Shown here in pieces: positions 54,945-64,000 of a DNA stretch of 64,000 nt. How positions within the stretch are numbered: the first letter of the stretch is position 1; every line of letters begins with the position of its first letter. Position numbers and translations under genes: made by a program. The DNA lies in the IMG/VR virus record IMGVR_UViG_3300018080_006410; one strand, written 5' to 3'. The notes beneath the pieces are model-generated. The model saw nothing but the letters and a program-made list of their open reading frames with translations, made no database searches and was not told the DNA's origin. Source of the DNA: an uncultured virus (IMG/VR IMGVR_UViG_3300018080_006410) (taxonomy: Duplodnaviria > Heunggongvirae > Uroviricota > Caudoviricetes).

Positions 54945-57900
54945 CAACGTCCTCCTTTGTGAACACCACGCAATCACCATCGTCGTCGAAGAAGCGTTGG
55001 CCGCCATCCTCGAACCTCTTCATCGGGACCAGCGCCACGTCGCCAGTCTCGAACTCGTCCTTGAACCTCTGCTTTCCACCCTCGAACACGTAGAACATGA
55101 TCGAGTCTATCCCGTCGTCCAGAAACACCTTCCACATCGGGTTCCCGTTCCTGGACGTGTGGTTGACAATCGAGTCTATCCGGCCGAAGAGGCGCACCCT
55201 GTCCCGGATCGCCTCCTCCCCTATGGTCTGGGCCTTGGCCTCCGATATCAGGGCCCCGCACCTCTTCACCAGCGGGTCGACCGACATCACGAGCCCGCAC
55301 ATCTCGCGCTCCTTCTCCAGCCACTCGTCGTCCGACAGCTCGACGGGGGGCGTCTTCTGCTTTCGCAGCTCGGCGAACTTGGCCGCCACCTCGTTCCGGG
55401 CACCGAAAGAGTCAAAAGCCCCAGCATACAGCAAGCTCTCAAAGACCCTCTTGTTGAGCTTCTGCTTCGTCGCCTTGTAGGTCCCGTCCTTCTGCTTCCG
55501 GTTGACGGTCGCCATCACCCGAGCGTTGAAATCCTCGATGCCCGTGAACGGCTGCGCCGCCTCGATCTCCGTCGCCGACGTCGCCACGTTCTTGACGTGC
55601 CCCAGCGAGAACCGGATGGACGGCCCCTCCAGCCTGAACCCCACGCCGCTCCTGGAGACGTCCGGGGGCAGCATGTCGATCCCCCGGCGCCTGGCGTAGT
55701 TGACGTACCGGACCAGGATGTTCGAGGAGCCGTGCTTCTTCTTGCCCTGCTTCGTGTTGTTGAGCAGCGCCGCCATGTACTCCACCAGGTAGTTGTGCTT
55801 CAGCCACAGCTCCACCGTCGTGATCGCGCTGTAGGTGATCGCGTGTGATTTGTTGAACCCGTATTTTGCGAATTTCACGACCAACTCCCACAGGTCCTCC
55901 ACCTGCCTCGTCGTCACCTCACCGGAGTCGATCCTCGGCTGCGCCCCGTTGACAAAGTCCTCCTTGACGCTCCTCATCAGCTCCACGTTCTTCTTCCCGC
56001 ACGCGCGCCGAAGCCTGTTAGCCTTGGGCCCGTCGAAACCGCAGAGGGCCTGGCTTATCTGCATCATCTGCTCCTGGTAGACGATGATCCCGTAGGTCGG
56101 CGCCAGTATCTCCCGGATGCAGTCGAGCACCTCGTACGGCTGCCCGTGCTTCCTCCTGGCGTACTCCATGTCCATGCCCATGTCCTTCGGACCAGGCCGG
56201 ATGAGGGACGTGATCGCGGCCACGTCGTTCAGCGACTCCATGCCCACCTCGGCCACTATCGGCATCGTGGCCGGGTTCTCGAACTGGAAGATGCCAACCA
56301 GGTCCCTCCTGGCCTCCTGCCGGATGGAGTTCCGGTCGTCAATAGGAATCTCGTCCCGAATCGGCCTGACCCCATGCCTGTCCTCGATGAAGCTGATGCA
56401 ATCGGCTATCACCGGGAGGTTGTTGAGCCCCAGGATGTCGTACTTCACCAGGCCGAGCTCGCTGAGCTCCTGCACAGTGCCGGACTCGGCCCAGGCGGAC
56501 AGGATGCCGCCCTTGGAGTCCCTCAGGACCGGGATGCGCCCCTTCAGGCTACTCCCCGATATGATGACGCCACCCGCGTGCTTGCCCATGTTGCTGACCT
56601 GGTTCCGGATGATCTCGGCATGGAAGCGGACCTCCGGGTTGCGGTCCAGGTAGTCGGCCAGCTCCGGGTAGTGGGCGCAGACGTCGTCCAGGTCCATCTT
56701 GTCGACGATCTCCTCGTCGCCCTCGTCCCCGACCTCGAACGACTTCAGCGGCTCCAGCTTCTTCGTCACCGCGTTGGCCTCGTGGACGTCCAGGGCCAGA
56801 ACCCTGGCGACGCCGAGTATGACAGCCCTGGTCTTGTAGGTCGAGTAGGTCCCGATGGAGCAGACGTTGTCCTCCCCGAAGACCTTGACAATATGGCCCT
56901 TCACCCACTCCCTCACCCGCGGGTCGAAGTCGGTGTCGATGTCCGGAGCATCCCGGCGCCCCTCATCCAGGAACCTCTCGAAAAGGAGGCCGTGCTCCAG
57001 CGGGTCACAGTCCGTCAGTCCGAGGCAATAGGAGACCAGGCTCCCAGCGGCGCTCCCTCTCCCATACCCGACGGCCCACTCGCCGAACTTCTCCTTGGCG
57101 TCAGCCACGATCCTGTCCATGATCAGGAAGTAGTCGGCCCACCCGAGCTTGGTGATGACCGCGAACTCGTGCCTGACCCTGTCCAGGTAGTCCTGGACGT
57201 CCACCCTCCTGCCGATCCCGCGCTCGCCGAAGCCGGCGTTCACCTTCCGGCGCAGCATCTCCGCGCCGTTGTCGTAGAGCTTCGGAAGCTGAATCGTCGG
57301 ATCGAACCTGATGGGGTCGGCCGCGACCGCCACCCTCCTGGTGTTCGCCATGGCCTCGACGAACACCTCCTCGGTGAAGACGTCGTCCCGGAACGGCCCG
57401 TGCCTGCCGCCCTTCTTATCGACGAAGCCGTTCTCAAAGACGTCCCGCATGGCCGCGGCGTCCCGGTAGTAGAGGTTCGCCACCTGGAAATTCCAGACCT
57501 CCTCCTCGCTCTCCCTCTTGTCCAGCACGGTCTTGCCCTGGCGCATCATGAGAAGCAGGTCGTGGGTGTTCGCGTGAGTCGCGTCCAGGTAGTGGGAGTC
57601 TGATGCCAGCATGAACTTGGCCCCGACCTCGCGACCGAACTCGATCAAGCGCCGGTTGACCTCCCGCTGCTCCTCGTACTCGATGATCTGGAGCTCGACG
57701 TAAAACTCGTCGAAGGCCTCCTCGTAGAGCCGGTAGATGCGCTCGGCCTCCTCCCTCGCGGCCTTCACGAAGACAGCGCAGGCCGCCAAGTACTCGGCGT
57801 CCGTCTCGCCCGTGTCGCGTTCCGGCGGCTCGTAGTCCTTCTTGGCCTTCTTCGCCACGGCCTTGGCCACCTCGCAGCGCTGCTCGTACTCCACGTCCGT

Positions 57901-59853
57901 CTCGGGCGTTCGCTGGGGCGGCGGCTCGGCCATCAGCAGCCGCGGCACCTCGCCCGACAAACAGGCCGACGTCGCCACGATTCCCTTCCCCCACCTCCTC
58001 GCCGCCTCGTGGTTCATCCTCGGCATGTAGTAGAAACCGTCCAGCTGGGCGTCGTTGTGTATCCGGATGAGGTTGTAGAGGCCCTCCTCGGTCCTGGCCG
58101 TCAAGATCAGATGGCTGCTCCTCCGGCTCGCCTTCTTCAGCTCGGGATCGTCGCCCCGGTAGTCGTTGACGTACATTTCGCAATTATGAACGGCCACACC
58201 AGACACATAACTGTTATCCTCTTCAACATGAAGATTGTATACCGGACCATCATACCACCTACGATCCACGTTCCTTATCGGAAGATAGACAAAAGAATCA
58301 TCACTATCCGTATACACCTCATCAGTATTGGCTGTCCTACCCCATCGAACATCATACCTGTCAAATTCTCCATTCTTCACGCATGACACCTGATAGGCTG
58401 CACCCTTCACTTTTGCTACGGCCAAACGACTCAAATGAGCCAACTCCCATGAACTCGTAGTCAGCACATCACCACGCTTGTTTGCATCTCCCTCCCAAAG
58501 ACCCCAAATAAAAGCAGCCAAAAGGCTTTTATTCAATCCAAGGAACGAAATCGGAAACTTCTTCTCTTTCGCCCCCGCACCAAACATGGCCAACATCATC
58601 TTTTGAAGAATCACCGAGCAAACATAATAATCCGATGCCTGCGACACCCTTTCATTTCCATTTTTATCCGTAAAAGAGACCTCTCCAGCACATACCAATT
58701 CAAGGCCCAACTCGGACTTTAGAAATGTCCTCAGAAAATCAATTGCCCGCACATCCGATAAGTTGTTAAATGTCCACCTCACTGTCCCATGCTGCTGACT
58801 TCCCTCCGCCACATACAGCCCAAACATCCTCATCCAATCACCAGTCAGTGCGATCTCTACTGGAAAATTCCTATTTGACACCGTATCATTCGGCCCATTG
58901 CGAGTCCGATATGCCTTCCCCTCTCTATTCTCATACCCCACAACCCAATCCAAGACTTTTATCATTGACTCCTCTGTATCTGGAATTCTTGGAAGAACTG
59001 CATAACTCCTCCACAATCCACGGACTTTAGAGCCACTCCGAGCCGCAGAACACCTCATATTCGCCCGTCCAAATTTAATATCTTCCGGCTTCTCCCAGGA
59101 AAAACCAAATTCCCACTTGTGAGATGTCTTCCCGTACACCATAACGGGATGTTCCCCAGTAACCTCCAAGCCACTCTCCCCCCAGCATTCTATTCTGTAC
59201 ACTGTTCCTGAATAATTCCTCTTAGAGCATCCGACCACCCTTTGAAAACGCCCATTATGAGTAAGAACCTCATCCCCGACACGAACATCCTCAATCTTTT
59301 TCACCCCATTCTTAGCAAATATCGGCTGTCCAGGCGTCAGGCAACCGAAGATGGCCTTGATCCCGGCCTCCCTGCACGCCTTGTACTGCCGTATCCAGCC
59401 CCCCACGGAGCCGTGGTTGGTCACGCAGCAGAAGGACCGCCCCTGGGCCTTCAGGAGCTTCACAAGGTCCTCGACGCGCCCCAGGCCGTCCCTGATGCTG
59501 AACTCGTCATGGTGGTGCAGGCTAACGTAGGCGTCAGGAAGCGCGGCATGCACTCGTTCCCTCAGGGCGTCGTCGATGGCCCAAGGGTTGGCGACATGGG
59601 GGAACTTGCGAGAGAAGCGAGCAGAGCACTGGACGACGACAGCGGCCTTGGCGAGCATCATCTCCTGGACGATGTCGACACCGTCCTTCTCCCAGGTCAC
59701 CGCGACCTCGGCCCTGTCCAAGCCGAGCTGCGCCACGTAGTCGTCCACGCAGAAGTCCTCAAGAGGCACCACCAGCAGCACAGCCTTCCAGCTCCCCAGC
59801 CGCTGCCCCTCCGGCGTCCCGCACCCGTCGTAGAAAGTCTGAAGGTCCACCAT
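54910..59853 (-). CDS. dnaE: DNA polymerase III alpha subunit containing an intein
   Basis: PHP domain (SLHHH..FS..DG, TNHG), GRGSAAGSLV, PDIDTD, HAGG, KYDILGL, YGFNKSH. Confidence 0.95.
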   Translation of the reverse strand: MVDLQTFYDGCGTPEGQRLGSWKAVLLVVPLEDFCVDDYVAQLGLDRAEVAVTWEKDGVDIVQEMMLAKAAVVVQCSARFSRKFPHVANPWAIDDALRERVHAALPDAYVSLHHHDEFSIRDGLGRVEDLVKLLKAQGRSFCCVTNHGSVGGWIRQYKACREAGIKAIFGCLTPGQPIFAKNGVKKIEDVRVGDEVLTHNGRFQRVVGCSKRNYSGTVYRIECWGESGLEVTGEHPVMVYGKTSHKWEFGFSWEKPEDIKFGRANMRCSAARSGSKVRGLWRSYAVLPRIPDTEESMIKVLDWVVGYENREGKAYRTRNGPNDTVSNRNFPVEIALTGDWMRMFGLYVAEGSQQHGTVRWTFNNLSDVRAIDFLRTFLKSELGLELVCAGEVSFTDKNGNERVSQASDYYVCSVILQKMMLAMFGAGAKEKKFPISFLGLNKSLLAAFIWGLWEGDANKRGDVLTTSSWELAHLSRLAVAKVKGAAYQVSCVKNGEFDRYDVRWGRTANTDEVYTDSDDSFVYLPIRNVDRRWYDGPVYNLHVEEDNSYVSGVAVHNCEMYVNDYRGDDPELKKASRRSSHLILTARTEEGLYNLIRIHNDAQLDGFYYMPRMNHEAARRWGKGIVATSACLSGEVPRLLMAEPPPQRTPETDVEYEQRCEVAKAVAKKAKKDYEPPERDTGETDAEYLAACAVFVKAAREEAERIYRLYEEAFDEFYVELQIIEYEEQREVNRRLIEFGREVGAKFMLASDSHYLDATHANTHDLLLMMRQGKTVLDKRESEEEVWNFQVANLYYRDAAAMRDVFENGFVDKKGGRHGPFRDDVFTEEVFVEAMANTRRVAVAADPIRFDPTIQLPKLYDNGAEMLRRKVNAGFGERGIGRRVDVQDYLDRVRHEFAVITKLGWADYFLIMDRIVADAKEKFGEWAVGYGRGSAAGSLVSYCLGLTDCDPLEHGLLFERFLDEGRRDAPDIDTDFDPRVREWVKGHIVKVFGEDNVCSIGTYSTYKTRAVILGVARVLALDVHEANAVTKKLEPLKSFEVGDEGDEEIVDKMDLDDVCAHYPELADYLDRNPEVRFHAEIIRNQVSNMGKHAGGVIISGSSLKGRIPVLRDSKGGILSAWAESGTVQELSELGLVKYDILGLNNLPVIADCISFIEDRHGVRPIRDEIPIDDRNSIRQEARRDLVGIFQFENPATMPIVAEVGMESLNDVAAITSLIRPGPKDMGMDMEYARRKHGQPYEVLDCIREILAPTYGIIVYQEQMMQISQALCGFDGPKANRLRRACGKKNVELMRSVKEDFVNGAQPRIDSGEVTTRQVEDLWELVVKFAKYGFNKSHAITYSAITTVELWLKHNYLVEYMAALLNNTKQGKKKHGSSNILVRYVNYARRRGIDMLPPDVSRSGVGFRLEGPSIRFSLGHVKNVATSATEIEAAQPFTGIEDFNARVMATVNRKQKDGTYKATKQKLNKRVFESLLYAGAFDSFGARNEVAAKFAELRKQKTPPVELSDDEWLEKEREMCGLVMSVDPLVKRCGALISEAKAQTIGEEAIRDRVRLFGRIDSIVNHTSRNGNPMWKVFLDDGIDSIMFYVFEGGKQRFKDEFETGDVALVPMKRFEDGGQRFFDDDGDCVVFTKEDVDDAEAGRLSQG
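58183..59343 (-). mobile_element. Intein (387 aa) with a LAGLIDADG-type endonuclease
   Basis: G|CLTPG start, VTGEHP block B, GLYVAEG and GLWEGDA, VYNLHV...VHN|C end; sharp drop in GC. Confidence 0.93.
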
Positions 59854-60835
59854 CGACCACCTCTCTGTATCGCGCCTCGTCCAGTCTCCAACCCTTATTA
59901 TATCGAAAAACGGGAGCGTTTCGCGGAGCCTCGGGGGATTTTGGGTCAAGAAGGCATACCGACTTCCTCCCGGAGTACGGGAAATACATCCTCAGAAAGA
60001 CCTCCGAACCCGGCATCGAGTCGGACGCCACCAGGATCGCCACCTGGTCCCCGTCGAACCCCGTCGCCTCCCGGAACTCGGCAGTCGGCTCCACCATCAC
60101 CGGGACCTGACGGGCCGCGTGGGCCTTGAGCGACACCGGCTCCATCGGGAACATCCTCTGAGCCTCCCGCGACGTCGTCAGCCAAACCCCGTCCCCGGAC
60201 CGGGCCACCACCGACCCGTTGAACCTCCGAATGCACGGACCGGCCATCATCTGGTTCAAGACCGGACGACCTTTCGCAACCAGGTGCGCCATGCGCCCCA
60301 GGCCGTCCGACCCAAGCTCCTGGTCGAACTCCTGGAACTCGCCCTGGAGATCGCCCTCCGCCGGCTCCATGAGCGACAGCGCCCTGGGCCGCTCGGCCTT
60401 TTCCGCCGCCACATGCTCGACAAGGGCCCCGAAGGCCTCAAGCCCGTCAACGAGCGGGCACGCCTTCAGCCAATGGGCAGGATAGGCGCGGCACACCCTC
60501 CGCATGCGGTCCGGGTCCAAGCAGACATCCCCGCAAACCACCACCGGCATGGCCGTCGGGATGGACAACACGGACAGCTCGTCGATCCGGCGGGCGGCGA
60601 AGCCCAGCACTCCCCACGAGACAAACCACAAGGTTATCTCAAGACCGCTCACGTCCAGACAGACAGACAGCCCCCCGACGCCGGAGAGGAAGGTCGCACC
60701 TGCCACCCTGGCCCTCGCGCGGCTGTCAGGGACAATCGGGCAAAAGGGAGCAGCCACCCTCCCGTCGTAGTGGAACTCGCCGTCCCACCGGAAAAGGTGA
60801 CCGCCCTTCTCGTCATGCCCAAGCACGTCAGCCAT
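59759..60835 (-). CDS. Hypothetical protein
   Basis: 358-aa ORF with AGGA RBS; 3' end overlaps the dnaE start region. Confidence 0.55.
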   Translation of the reverse strand: MADVLGHDEKGGHLFRWDGEFHYDGRVAAPFCPIVPDSRARARVAGATFLSGVGGLSVCLDVSGLEITLWFVSWGVLGFAARRIDELSVLSIPTAMPVVVCGDVCLDPDRMRRVCRAYPAHWLKACPLVDGLEAFGALVEHVAAEKAERPRALSLMEPAEGDLQGEFQEFDQELGSDGLGRMAHLVAKGRPVLNQMMAGPCIRRFNGSVVARSGDGVWLTTSREAQRMFPMEPVSLKAHAARQVPVMVEPTAEFREATGFDGDQVAILVASDSMPGSEVFLRMYFPYSGRKSVCLLDPKSPEAPRNAPVFRYNKGWRLDEARYREVVDGGPSDFLRRVRDAGGAAAGELEGCAAGGAS

Positions 60836-62246
60836 CCTGCTTCATCGCCTCGGCTAGCGTCGCGTGCGTCTCCAGCGGAGGATGGCTCGCGACATCGCCG
60901 AGCGCGATCATGCACTCGACGATCTTGTCAACGATGGTCAGGGCGTCGCCGCCAGTGACGGCCTCGTACTCCCGGACGTACTTGCCGACCGCCTTCAGCG
61001 GCTTGTTGGCGAGCTGCTGCTTCGGATCGAACGCGTCCTCCGCCTGGAGCTTCTCGACGTAGGTGTTCAGGAAGTTGATGGACGACTCCAGCTTGCGGTC
61101 GAAGTCGGTCGCCGTCATCCCCTTGTGCCAATCGATCGAGTATCCCAGGAAGGCCTCGACGTTGCTGATCGTCGTGATCGCGCCGTCCCCGCGGGCCGAG
61201 ATGTCGAACTCCAGCTCCCTCGGATAGCCGCGCTCCACGATGGAGTAGATGGCGTACTTCTTGGCGCCGCCCTTGTTGACGGCGGCTCGGCCGTACATGT
61301 CGTCCTGATTCGCCTTCACGTCGCCACCGACGGCCGTCAGGACGGCGTACTCGGCCTTCTCCATGGCCTTGATCGACCTGGTCTCGTTGGCCGCGATAAC
61401 CGCCTTCCTGGCCTCGTTGAGGCTCATGTCGGCCACGATCATCGGCACCACCGTCTTGGCCCCGTACACCATAGCCAGGAAGACCAGGCGGTGACGCCCG
61501 CTCGTGCACTCCAGCGCATTCCCGACTCTCGCCACCTGAATGGGCGTGAACATCCGGCCATCCCGGAGCACCTCGAAGCCGATCCTCCTGACCTGCGTCG
61601 CCTCGATGCGCGAGCTCAGGTTAACGTGATTCTGAAGCGGACACGCCGCGTACACATCCTTGAGGCCGTCATCCTCGGGCTCCTCGCTGAAGATGGCCAC
61701 GTCCTCGATGGGAACAGCGTCTCCCAGGTGACCCTTCATGATGTCCGAGAGCGGAAGCGCCTCCTCCAGCTTGCCAGCCTTGTTCAACATGTAGCTGACC
61801 ATCTTCTGGGCCGGCGTCATCGGCTTCCGCGCCCGCTTCTTCGGCGGTGGCGGCATCGCGTTCCATCCGACCGACATGGTCTCCTGGGCGTCCGGGGTCT
61901 CCGCCTTCGTGTCGGCCTTGGACTCCGTTGCAATTTCCTGCTCGCCATCCTCGCCCAGCGACGGACCGGTCACAGGCTCGACCCCCGCACTGGTCGGGGG
62001 AGCCTGGCGCGGTGGAGCCTGGCGCGGTGGAGCCTTCCTCTTGGGCTTCTTCTCATCCTTGACCTTGGCCCTGGCCTTGGCCTCGCCGCCTTCACTCACG
62101 GCCTCTGGCGGAATCGCCTCCATCTCCGCTGCGCCATCCGTCTCCTCCGGCTTGCCGCCATCCCCTCCCTGGTTGAAGAAGTCATCGCCGTCATCCCCGA
62201 AGAAGTCACTGCCAAACAGATCATTGTCGTCCTTCTTGCCATCCAT
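60828..62246 (-). CDS. ParB/Srx-superfamily protein with an acidic, low-complexity N-terminus
   Basis: PIQV...TSGRHRL...N..R; N-terminal DFF repeats and APPRQ repeat. Confidence 0.65.
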   Translation of the reverse strand: MDGKKDDNDLFGSDFFGDDGDDFFNQGGDGGKPEETDGAAEMEAIPPEAVSEGGEAKARAKVKDEKKPKRKAPPRQAPPRQAPPTSAGVEPVTGPSLGEDGEQEIATESKADTKAETPDAQETMSVGWNAMPPPPKKRARKPMTPAQKMVSYMLNKAGKLEEALPLSDIMKGHLGDAVPIEDVAIFSEEPEDDGLKDVYAACPLQNHVNLSSRIEATQVRRIGFEVLRDGRMFTPIQVARVGNALECTSGRHRLVFLAMVYGAKTVVPMIVADMSLNEARKAVIAANETRSIKAMEKAEYAVLTAVGGDVKANQDDMYGRAAVNKGGAKKYAIYSIVERGYPRELEFDISARGDGAITTISNVEAFLGYSIDWHKGMTATDFDRKLESSINFLNTYVEKLQAEDAFDPKQQLANKPLKAVGKYVREYEAVTGGDALTIVDKIVECMIALGDVASHPPLETHATLAEAMKQDG

Positions 62247-62343
62247 CTCGTTTTCTCCTTCTTGCCGTCGTAAAATCACCAGCCACACTCTCGTCCGCCC
62301 TATTATACACGTCGCCAGCAACAATTCTGAAAAATCCGAGCGA

Positions 62344-63264
62344 TTATTTCCTCTTCGAGTCGATATAGGCCAGGACGGGCTTCGGGATGCCCTCTTCCTT
62401 TCCCGCCTTCTGAACCAGGTCGTAAACGTCGACCGACTCGGCCTCCAGCTCGTCCATGCCCCGCACGAAGGCGTTGGCGTCGAACTCGCTCATGTCCCTG
62501 ACGATCTCCGCCACATCCTGCCCGAAAACGTCCGATCCTGGCTTCACGCACTCGATGGGGAGCAGCCTCACGGCCGGCGGCCTCCCCGCCCCGACCTCTA
62601 TCACCGCGACCATCGGAACACGGTCGATCTCATCCATGGCGCCCCTGGAGACGGCCCCCGGGTTGCAAAAGGTCGTCCCGTCGACCACATGCGTGTCGTA
62701 GCCGTCGTGCATGTGCCCGGACAGGACCAGGTCGTAGGGGCACCCAACCCCGAAGTCGGCCGTCGACTCCACGTCGAAGAACTTCTTCTTGTTGGTGATC
62801 GACTGATGAGCCACGAGCACGTTGACCCTGCCAGGCGGCATCATCTTCCCCTTCGCATCCTCCAGCTTCTCCCAGACATGGCACGGCCACAGCTCAACCT
62901 CGCCGACCTCCGTCGGCCCCCACATCACCTCGAGCTTCTCGCAGTGCCTCGCCATGAAGGCCATGGTCGAGGTCTCGTAGGTCTTCGGGTTGTAGCCGTG
63001 GACGTCGTGCTGCCCGAGCACCACGTACGTCGTCAGGTCCGACGAGCAGATCGGCTCCATCACCCTGTTGATGACATCGTAGCTGAATATCTTGTGGTTG
63101 TTGAAGAAGTCGCCTCCGAAGACCACGAACTCGCATCTCTCGGCGGTCGCGCGCTCGTATATCTCAGCCACCTTCTCCACCAGCGCGGACGGGTAGTCGT
63201 CGACCCTGTGCCTCGGCGTCTTGCCGCTCAGCTGAAGGTCGGTGTAGAACAGCAACCTGGTCAT
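62344..63264 (-). CDS. SbcD/Mre11-like metallophosphoesterase nuclease
   Basis: TDLQ, GGDFF, GQHD, AHQ, SGHMH, NPGA. Confidence 0.85.
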   Translation of the reverse strand: MTRLLFYTDLQLSGKTPRHRVDDYPSALVEKVAEIYERATAERCEFVVFGGDFFNNHKIFSYDVINRVMEPICSSDLTTYVVLGQHDVHGYNPKTYETSTMAFMARHCEKLEVMWGPTEVGEVELWPCHVWEKLEDAKGKMMPPGRVNVLVAHQSITNKKKFFDVESTADFGVGCPYDLVLSGHMHDGYDTHVVDGTTFCNPGAVSRGAMDEIDRVPMVAVIEVGAGRPPAVRLLPIECVKPGSDVFGQDVAEIVRDMSEFDANAFVRGMDELEAESVDVYDLVQKAGKEEGIPKPVLAYIDSKRK

Positions 63265-63283
63265 GGTCGTCCTCCTTTGCGAC

Positions 63284-63293
63284 ACTATACGCC
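63284..63293 (-). promoter_or_regulatory. GGCGTATAGT -10-like element
   Basis: Followed by AGGAGG and the start of the SbcD-like gene. Confidence 0.5.
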
Positions 63294-63304
63294 GCGAGGA
63301 GGGC

Positions 63305-63338
63305 AAAAAGAGAGGGCCGCGCTTTCACGCGGCCCTCT
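63305..63338 (-). terminator. Intrinsic terminator
   Basis: AGAGGGCCGCG-tgaaag-CGCGGCCCTCT perfect 11-bp stem followed by CTTTTT on the minus strand. Confidence 0.82.
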
Positions 63339-63374
63339 GGGAGGTGGGCGGGGAGGGGAGGACCCCGCCCGGGG

Positions 63375-63638
63375 TTAGACCTTGCCCGGCCTCGCGAACG
63401 TCGCGGGCTTGTCATTATGGCTGCCGACGGCGTGCCCGGAGCTGCCGAACTGCCTCTGCGCGCTCATGGTCGCCGAGACCCCGCTGCCCTGGGCCGACAG
63501 GTCGAGGGCCCGGATGAACCTCGTGGCAGCCGCCTGCTCCTGCTTCCCGTCGAACCAGAGAAGCCTGTCGGCGCTGTCGTTCGCCGCGTTCTCGATGTCG
63601 CTCTGCTGCTTGTCGGTCACGTTCGCTCGATAAGCCAT
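63375..63638 (-). CDS. Small hypothetical protein
   Basis: 87 aa with AAGGA RBS, followed by the terminator. Confidence 0.65.
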   Translation of the reverse strand: MAYRANVTDKQQSDIENAANDSADRLLWFDGKQEQAAATRFIRALDLSAQGSGVSATMSAQRQFGSSGHAVGSHNDKPATFARPGKV

Positions 63639-63642
63639 GTCT

Positions 63643-64000
63643 CTATTCCTTCCTCAACGTGGCCCCGCCGACGCGCGCGATCTCCTCCATGCGCTCGTCG
63701 GGACGCCCGAGCTCTCCCAGGATCGTGTAGACCACGAGCCCTGGCTTGCCGCCCCGGTAGATGCCGCGATGCACGACAGAACCGGCGCCCATGATCCTGG
63801 ACAGCATCTCGAAGCCGTGCTCCAGATACGCCTGGGGAACCTTCTCCAACACGTCGCCGTGGGCGATGAAGACGCAGCCGGCCGCCTTGGCCTGCTTCAA
63901 GTCGAAGCCGCCGACCAGGACGTTCCTCCGGAGGTTGTCCCGGATGGCGTAGCTGATGTCGTCCGCGGCGCCCCACTTCTTCATCGGGCATGCCCCGAAC
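63643..64000 (-). CDS. C-terminal part of a tubulin/FtsZ-family (PhuZ/CetZ-like) protein
   Basis: FDLKQAKAAG...VHRGIY...LVVYTILGELGRP..R resembles the tubulin/CetZ C-terminal domain; the GTPase domain would lie outside the window. Confidence 0.55.
   Translation of the reverse strand, partial: FGACPMKKWGAADDISYAIRDNLRRNVLVGGFDLKQAKAAGCVFIAHGDVLEKVPQAYLEHGFEMLSRIMGAGSVVHRGIYRGGKPGLVVYTILGELGRPDERMEEIARVGGATLRKE

Noticed and set aside
61999..62035. 15-bp tandem repeat as a regulatory or phase-variable element
   Set aside because: Only about 2.4 in-frame copies, encoding APPRQ in a disordered linker.
1..64000. Alternative genetic code, tRNA or rRNA genes
   Set aside because: Conserved genes translate intact with the standard code and end at all three stop codons; I recognised no tRNA or rRNA by eye, though a covariance-model search was not possible.

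Overview
High-GC window that reads as part of a large (jumbo-type) phage genome. Genes are tightly packed and almost all on the minus strand; I found no rRNA, tRNA or CRISPR array and no capsid or tail genes. Replication and repair genes include a class II ribonucleotide reductase, DnaE with a low-GC endonuclease-containing intein, SbcC/SbcD-like proteins, RuvC-like and PD-(D/E)XK nucleases, a ParB-like protein and the end of a tubulin/FtsZ-like gene. About 18 glycosyltransferase-domain ORFs occur with RmlA, RmlC, a DegT aminotransferase, GNAT, sulfotransferase and methyltransferase domains. The most unusual region is an array at about 13.4-24.5 kb, with an outlier at 8.5-9.2 kb. About 14 otherwise unrelated proteins there share a ~20-aa peptide (MDGxKIARELVEAARELxGA), often preceded by its own RBS, and a second RVAxxF motif recurs in neighbouring genes. 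Domains in these genes resemble ADP-ribosyltransferases, a zincin peptidase, ParB/Srx, ChaB, an Acb1-like 2H phosphoesterase and TMEM65, and the array shows recombination scars. My interpretation, which is inference only, is a tagged, reshuffled set of virion-packaged effectors. All family calls come from reading motifs by eye; no database searches were run.
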